NCBI GenBank assembly: GCA_012837435.1
Contig: DURD01000025.1
Location: 5,840 to 69,839, forward strand
DNA from: Erysipelotrichaceae bacterium
Lineage (GTDB): Bacteria > Bacillota_I > Bacilli_A > RFN20 > CAG-826
Length of the DNA: 64,000 bases
Direction of reading: 5' to 3'
Shown here piece by piece: positions 59,351 to 64,000 of this stretch (its first letter is position 1; the number at the start of each line of letters is the position of its first letter). The notes beneath the pieces are model-generated. The model worked only from the letters and a program-made list of their open reading frames with translations, searched no databases and had not been told where the DNA came from. The position numbers and the translations under genes are program-made.

Positions 59351-61399
59351 CTATTTGCGGTTGAGAAATTCTCTATATTCAATCATTGTGAGTCCATTTG
59401 TTTCTTCAGTGAAAATATAGATACAATCAATCATGGGGGCATTAGCTCTAAATGTACCAGCGCCGTAATCCCAAGAGTTATTAGTAATAAAGCTAATCAT
59501 GTTGTAACCTTCACTTAAACTGAAATGATAAGAGATGATGACGTCTTCAAATGGCGTCTTTTCGCCATCTGGATCATTTTCTCTTTCTGTATTGGGAAGT
59601 GGTAAAGTCAATGGTAGTTCGTACTCAAACTCCACACCATTTACTAAGACAGAATAGGTTTCTGGAGTTAAGGGATTGTGATGTAGTTCCTTGAACTCGG
59701 AAGAAACTCTCATGACTAAAACTGCATCTTCGATAGCTTGATCCGCCATTATTTCAAAGTTAATTCCTGCACCACTATAGTATAGACCAGCAACATACCA
59801 ACCATTGCTGACCCAATCAACACCGGTATTGTTACCAGCCCCAATCTTTTCATAGGAGAAGATCATCGCTTCTTCATATAACTCGACCGAGGAACCAACT
59901 CCATGCATATCTTGCAAGTTGACAAACTCAGCTTCAAATGTATTGCGTTTAACGATGCGACCATAAATCATGGTATCGTTATTGATAACTTTGTTAGGAT
60001 CGTATTCGTTTGTCAAGGCGGCATCTGTATACCAGTTGATAAACATGTAGTCGTTGTCGGTATGCGTGTTAGCGAACGCTGGTTTGTTTGGCATTTTATC
60101 CGCACCAATAAAATCACCTTTATCGACTTCAACAGTAGCGTGAGTTACCGTCGCTCCACCTTTAATGTAGGTAAAGGTAACTGTGGCTTTGCCGCTAGTA
60201 GCAACTGCCCAATGAGCATACAAAGTCTTATCAGAAGTAATCTTATCAGTAGCAACGTTAAATTCTGTTGCATCATCGCCTGCGCCATTGAACCATCCTA
60301 AAAATACATAACCATCTCTAGTTGGGTTGGCTGGGCGATTAATTAATCCTTGGTACTTGATACTTTGATCATTAGGTGCACCTGTTGCGCCCTCATAGTT
60401 CAAATCGAATTTTACCGTATAACTATTAATGTTCCATTTTGCATAGATTGTTATATCGTCTTTAACTTCGTTCAAATTGTACGGAGTGGTTAATGCGGCA
60501 TCTGTATACCAAGTAGCATCTAATGTATAGCCTTCCCTTACAAATACGGGAGGTACGGCTACTGGATTAGCTAATGGCACTCTAACCACAATTGGTTGCA
60601 AAGTACTTACATTTGGATTGAATGTTACAGCATAAAATTGGCGAACCCATTTTGCGTATAAAATGATGTCGTCCTCAAATCCAACTGTTAGGTCAACTGC
60701 CACATCTGTTTCTGCAGGGAAGGCTTTTGTATACCATCCAGCAAAAGCATATAAATCCCGCTCTAAAACTACAGTAGGAGGGAGAGCTACTTCTTGATTG
60801 ACAGAAGCGCTAACAACCACGTTAGTAGGCGCTCCCGTATAATTAAAATTAAAAGTAATGGAAATTGCGGAGCGTGTCCATCCACAATAAAGGACCAGAT
60901 CTTCCACGACTACAGAATCAAAATCATATGGCTCTGTACAGAGAGCGTTTAAGAACCATCCGTCGAATGTATATCCATCTCTTACTGGCTCAGCAGGTTC
61001 ACTAACCTTAGCACCCGCATCAACATTTACGACATCATCACTTTTATCAGTGTTGTATTTGAAAGTAACAATATTGACATTTTTACTCCATTGACCATAG
61101 AACTCGGTATCAGAAGTAATTGGGGATTCAAAATCAAAAGTTTCTAATCCTTCATAGTCTGTTGTCCAACCATTGAACGTATACCCGTCTCTTATTGGAT
61201 CGCTCGGAGCGGTAGCGGTTTCGCCAGATTTAACTGTTTGAACTGTATATCCTGCGCCTGGGTAACCGATGAAGAATGTCACCCGGCAATTATCTTCATT
61301 TGAAATTGAAATACTCGGTTTGCCATCACACCCGACAAGTACCATCGACATTGCCGTGAACATAGCTAGAACTTTAAACAACTTATTTCTACTTTTCAT
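59351..61399 (-). CDS. Surface lipoprotein with six Listeria-Bacteroides (InlB B-repeat/Flg_new-like) repeats and a C-terminal CBM-like domain
   Basis: The lipobox is LVGCDG. It has six ~70-aa repeats, each containing (D/E)GY.F.GW(F/Y)(T)D and ending in (I/L)Y(A/G).W. The C-terminal ~200 aa form a beta-rich domain (EAEFVNLQDMHG...). Confidence 0.75.
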   Translation of the reverse strand: MKSRNKLFKVLAMFTAMSMVLVGCDGKPSISISNEDNCRVTFFIGYPGAGYTVQTVKSGETATAPSDPIRDGYTFNGWTTDYEGLETFDFESPITSDTEFYGQWSKNVNIVTFKYNTDKSDDVVNVDAGAKVSEPAEPVRDGYTFDGWFLNALCTEPYDFDSVVVEDLVLYCGWTRSAISITFNFNYTGAPTNVVVSASVNQEVALPPTVVLERDLYAFAGWYTKAFPAETDVAVDLTVGFEDDIILYAKWVRQFYAVTFNPNVSTLQPIVVRVPLANPVAVPPVFVREGYTLDATWYTDAALTTPYNLNEVKDDITIYAKWNINSYTVKFDLNYEGATGAPNDQSIKYQGLINRPANPTRDGYVFLGWFNGAGDDATEFNVATDKITSDKTLYAHWAVATSGKATVTFTYIKGGATVTHATVEVDKGDFIGADKMPNKPAFANTHTDNDYMFINWYTDAALTNEYDPNKVINNDTMIYGRIVKRNTFEAEFVNLQDMHGVGSSVELYEEAMIFSYEKIGAGNNTGVDWVSNGWYVAGLYYSGAGINFEIMADQAIEDAVLVMRVSSEFKELHHNPLTPETYSVLVNGVEFEYELPLTLPLPNTERENDPDGEKTPFEDVIISYHFSLSEGYNMISFITNNSWDYGAGTFRANAPMIDCIYIFTEETNGLTMIEYREFLNRK

Positions 61400-61436
61400 A
61401 ATTTTCCTCCTATTGTCTCTTGTTTAAAATTGAATT

Positions 61437-61464
61437 ATTTTATCATTTGCTCGTTCACTGTTAA
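61437..61464 (-). promoter_or_regulatory. Candidate internal promoter for the B-repeat lipoprotein gene
   Basis: The minus strand reads TTAACA, 16 nt, then an extended -10 (TGATAAAAT). It lies just downstream (in the minus sense) of the hairpin at 61494-61526. Confidence 0.35.
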
Positions 61465-61484
61465 ACAAAAGACAATATTTCTTT

Positions 61485-61526
61485 AAAACACAACCGACAC
61501 GCTTTGAAGTCATCTCAGCGTGTCGG
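61485..61526 (-). terminator. Intrinsic terminator/attenuator hairpin after the collagen-stalk GH3 gene
   Basis: A perfect 10-bp stem (ccgacacgct / agcgtgtcgg) has a 13-nt loop. On the minus strand it is followed by TTGTGTTTT. Confidence 0.6.
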
Positions 61527-61580
61527 ATTGTTTAGAGATCCTACCTACGCTTGGTTGAATCTATTTTTTGTTTTTCACGA

Positions 61581-64000
61581 CTATTCGTGTTTTCTTGAAT
61601 GTTTTTTAGCAGCGACAAATGCTAATCCAAGAGCAGCAACTATAGCCATAATGCTAGATGTAGCAGCAATGGAGCCACCACAACCTTTTGGAACTTCTGC
61701 ATCTTTGCCATCCGCACCCGCAGGACCTTGAGGACCTGTGGCTCCGGTAGCACCGGTTTCACCTTTTGGACCTTGAGGACCAGCTGGGCCTTGAGCACCG
61801 TCTTGTCCATCCGCACCCGCAGGGCCTTGAGGACCTGTGGCTCCGGTAGCACCTGGTTCACCTCTGTCACCTTTAGCACCATGAGCGCCATCAGCACCAT
61901 TAGTTATAGTAAAGCGATATGTTGTGCCGTCAGCATATGTAATTTCATAGGTGTCGACTAAGCCTTCGCTACTAACTTTTTCAATGGATGAAATGCCACC
62001 GTGATCGACTGGAACGGGAGCGCCTTCACCAGTAACATTTAGTGTTATGGAGAGTTTGTAGACTACTCCTCCGCTTCTTACGCCGATAACGAGGTCGTAA
62101 GTTCCTGGAACAGTTGGTTGACCTGAAATCTTACCATCTCTTCCGAGAGTTAAACCTTCTGGTAACTCGCCTTCAACTATCAAGTATGAAGGATTTGCAA
62201 GTTCTGTAGAAATTGCTGCTTCACTATCTTCACCAACTTCGAGATTAAGATTAGAAGCTGTGATGGCTGGAGTAATAACAATCTTGAAATTGTTAGTTTG
62301 AGTAATCCATTTGTCAAATGTACCTTTAACAGAGAATTGGAACGTGCCTGCAACGCGTGGAGTACCAGAAATGATGCCGGTATTTTCATCTAGGGCTAGA
62401 CCTTCTGGTAATTCGCCAACGAGTTCATATTTTTCATAGATGACTTCGCTATCAATAGAAGCATCGATTGCGGCAATTGCAGTACCTTGTTTACCTGTTA
62501 ATTCTAAATTCCCCGTGTACATATTGAGGACTAAACCGTTTCTGCTATGACCTTGGTTAGCGTACTCGCTAAACATTTGCATCGCTCTGAAACGAATGAT
62601 GTACCATTGGTTATTAGAGATTACTGCTTGTTGACCAGTTCCTGGGTTATCAATACCAATCTTGACAACGCCTTTTGTACCAGTTAACGGGTTATTAGTT
62701 TCAGCATCCCAATAGCCTGATAATGCGTTGGCACCGGTATTGCCTTGTCCAAATGTTCCACCTGGAGCATGGTTGTGACCAGTACGGACCATCAAGTCTT
62801 CGCCCGCAACGTTAGCTTGTGGACTATACATATCTGGATGGAAGAAGAATCTTTCTGCTCCCCATTCAGTACGGGTTAACACATCACACATATTGAAGTG
62901 GACTGGGGTTGGAACTGAACCTAAACGCGCGAACGCTGACATAGCGCCTTCAGCACCACCTTCTTGAATACCCATCTGGAATGGTTTGAGATAGACTTCT
63001 CTAGCCGCTCTTTCGGATACCCATGCGAATAGGTCATTAGTATTACGATTGGTTTCTTGATCGTTGAATGCCATATGTTTTAAGTGACAGCCAACGCCAG
63101 TGGATTGAATGCCGTACGCACAAGCGGCAGCCATGTATCCGGCGTGTATTCCATCTTGTGAATAGTATTCATTATTTCTGCCTGAGAATGGAGTTCTGTG
63201 AGTGTTTACAGCAGGGTTCAACCATTGCTCTTTAGCATTGTTCATGTTAGTGGAGTTCTTTAATAGACCTAAAGAAGCTGTAATAACACCTTGTTGATAG
63301 ACTAAATTTTGATTCCAAGTAGAAGCAATTGTCGTATTGCAGCACCATGAATAAGTGCCGTTAAAGGAAGTTGGGCTATCGGCAATACCTCCATTAGGAA
63401 TACCTAAGTTAGGAACTGGCTTACCGTTGTTTCCGCCTTGCCAACAGGCTTCTTGGAAGTCTATCCATGTCCATTGATTCATGAACTGTTTCCAGACTTC
63501 TGCGCCGGTCATATCTTTGAATCGGCCTTCGGTAATAACTTCTTGGCTATCGTAGTAAATGCCTGCTAATTCATTGAACCAAATCCAGTCACTATCCTCA
63601 GCTTCAATCGCTGCTCTTTGTGCAGCGGCATTAGGCATTTGTGACCAACCTGCCATCATTTCGGCTGTGACATCGTACAAGTCTTCTTGGCCAGGTTTAT
63701 TTCTGCCTTCGAGACCTTTGTGTAATTTGTCGGAATACTTATAAGAGCCAATATTTTCTTGCAATAATTTTTCTGTTTTATCGTTCAAAAGACCTGCTTG
63801 ATATGTTTCTGTGATATCCGTAACATTTGCCGATCCACCAGATGTGAAAACGTAATTGTTAATAGTAACAGCAGTAACGTTTCCTCTACTACCGGTATTA
63901 ATTGCTCCGCCTGCTGGGATTGCTTGTGTAACCCTATAGGCTGTGCCGTTATATGTGATCAAATCTCCAACAGCATACGCACTACCGGGAACGTAGGCTG
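61581..64000 (-). CDS. GH3-like surface protein with He_PIG-type Ig repeats, collagen-like G-X-Y stalk and C-terminal TM anchor (5' end outside the window)
   Basis: The frame stays open to base 64000 (...[23 protein letters not shown], a CBM5/12-like motif), and the ORF-track M at 63962 is an internal TTG. GH3 barrel motifs are [30 protein letters not shown] and MSAFARLG. Two Ig-like repeats match GELPEGL.L...G.ISG.P. These are followed by 22 G-X-Y triplets, a TM helix and KKHSRKHE. Confidence 0.8.
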   Translation of the reverse strand, partial: AYVPGSAYAVGDLITYNGTAYRVTQAIPAGGAINTGSRGNVTAVTINNYVFTSGGSANVTDITETYQAGLLNDKTEKLLQENIGSYKYSDKLHKGLEGRNKPGQEDLYDVTAEMMAGWSQMPNAAAQRAAIEAEDSDWIWFNELAGIYYDSQEVITEGRFKDMTGAEVWKQFMNQWTWIDFQEACWQGGNNGKPVPNLGIPNGGIADSPTSFNGTYSWCCNTTIASTWNQNLVYQQGVITASLGLLKNSTNMNNAKEQWLNPAVNTHRTPFSGRNNEYYSQDGIHAGYMAAACAYGIQSTGVGCHLKHMAFNDQETNRNTNDLFAWVSERAAREVYLKPFQMGIQEGGAEGAMSAFARLGSVPTPVHFNMCDVLTRTEWGAERFFFHPDMYSPQANVAGEDLMVRTGHNHAPGGTFGQGNTGANALSGYWDAETNNPLTGTKGVVKIGIDNPGTGQQAVISNNQWYIIRFRAMQMFSEYANQGHSRNGLVLNMYTGNLELTGKQGTAIAAIDASIDSEVIYEKYELVGELPEGLALDENTGIISGTPRVAGTFQFSVKGTFDKWITQTNNFKIVITPAITASNLNLEVGEDSEAAISTELANPSYLIVEGELPEGLTLGRDGKISGQPTVPGTYDLVIGVRSGGVVYKLSITLNVTGEGAPVPVDHGGISSIEKVSSEGLVDTYEITYADGTTYRFTITNGADGAHGAKGDRGEPGATGATGPQGPAGADGQDGAQGPAGPQGPKGETGATGATGPQGPAGADGKDAEVPKGCGGSIAATSSIMAIVAALGLAFVAAKKHSRKHE
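61701..61898 (-). repeat. Collagen-like G-X-Y coding repeat (22 triplets) containing a ~99-bp internal duplication
   Basis: The sequence is [66 protein letters not shown]. The DNA string ccttgaggacctgtggctccggtagcacc occurs twice, near 61728 and 61827. The region is locally GC-rich. Confidence 0.9.

Noticed and set aside
61504-61961. ORFs in other frames over the collagen tract (61504-61731 +, 61640-61900 -, 61728-61961 +)
   Set aside because: The GC-rich G-X-Y repeat keeps several frames open by composition. Only the frame continuous with the GH3/Ig domains and the TM tail is coherent.

Overview
Low-GC (about 35% by eye) Bacillota / Mollicutes-like chromosomal segment. It reads cleanly with the standard code: TGA acts as a stop, for example at larE and at the sigma factor gene, so there is no UGA=Trp. 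No database search or computation was possible, so all calls rest on motif recognition in the supplied translations and on reading the DNA. The core is a complete S10-spc-alpha ribosomal superoperon on the minus strand (rpsJ to rplQ, 8054-23265). It includes rpmJ, which the ORF track misses, plus infA, map, adk, secY and rpoA, but has no rpmD. A near-consensus sigma-A promoter and a roughly 130-nt GC-rich leader drive it, and tgt-queA-queH lies just upstream. Several ribosomal proteins carry long charged low-complexity extensions. L5 has about 120 aa of 12-aa K/A/E/P repeats, S17 has an ~80-aa acidic tail, and L22, S5, L23, L3 and L17 also look extended. Downstream of rplQ sits a larE-larB-larC nickel-pincer cofactor module with no larA in the window. 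It is bracketed by two same-orientation remnants of an IS30-family element. The rest is accessory metabolism and envelope functions: a LytTR two-component system, a GH78-like lipoprotein, GH43, pepT, an MFS+GDPD pair and a kinase/oxidoreductase/HAD sugar set. It also holds a SWIM protein + SWIM-SNF2 helicase pair, BioY, malQ, an Sfp-type PPTase, an ECF sigma/anti-sigma pair and a GGDEF protein. The most unusual locus is a minus-strand rhamnoglycoside-type operon (52469 to the window edge). It encodes rhaD, a cytoplasmic GH78, a domain-permuted GH3 fused to a 5-TM module, and a six-B-repeat lipoprotein. Its first gene in the window is a GH3-like surface protein with Ig repeats, a 22-triplet collagen-like G-X-Y stalk and a C-terminal TM anchor. 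No tRNA, rRNA or CRISPR array was seen.
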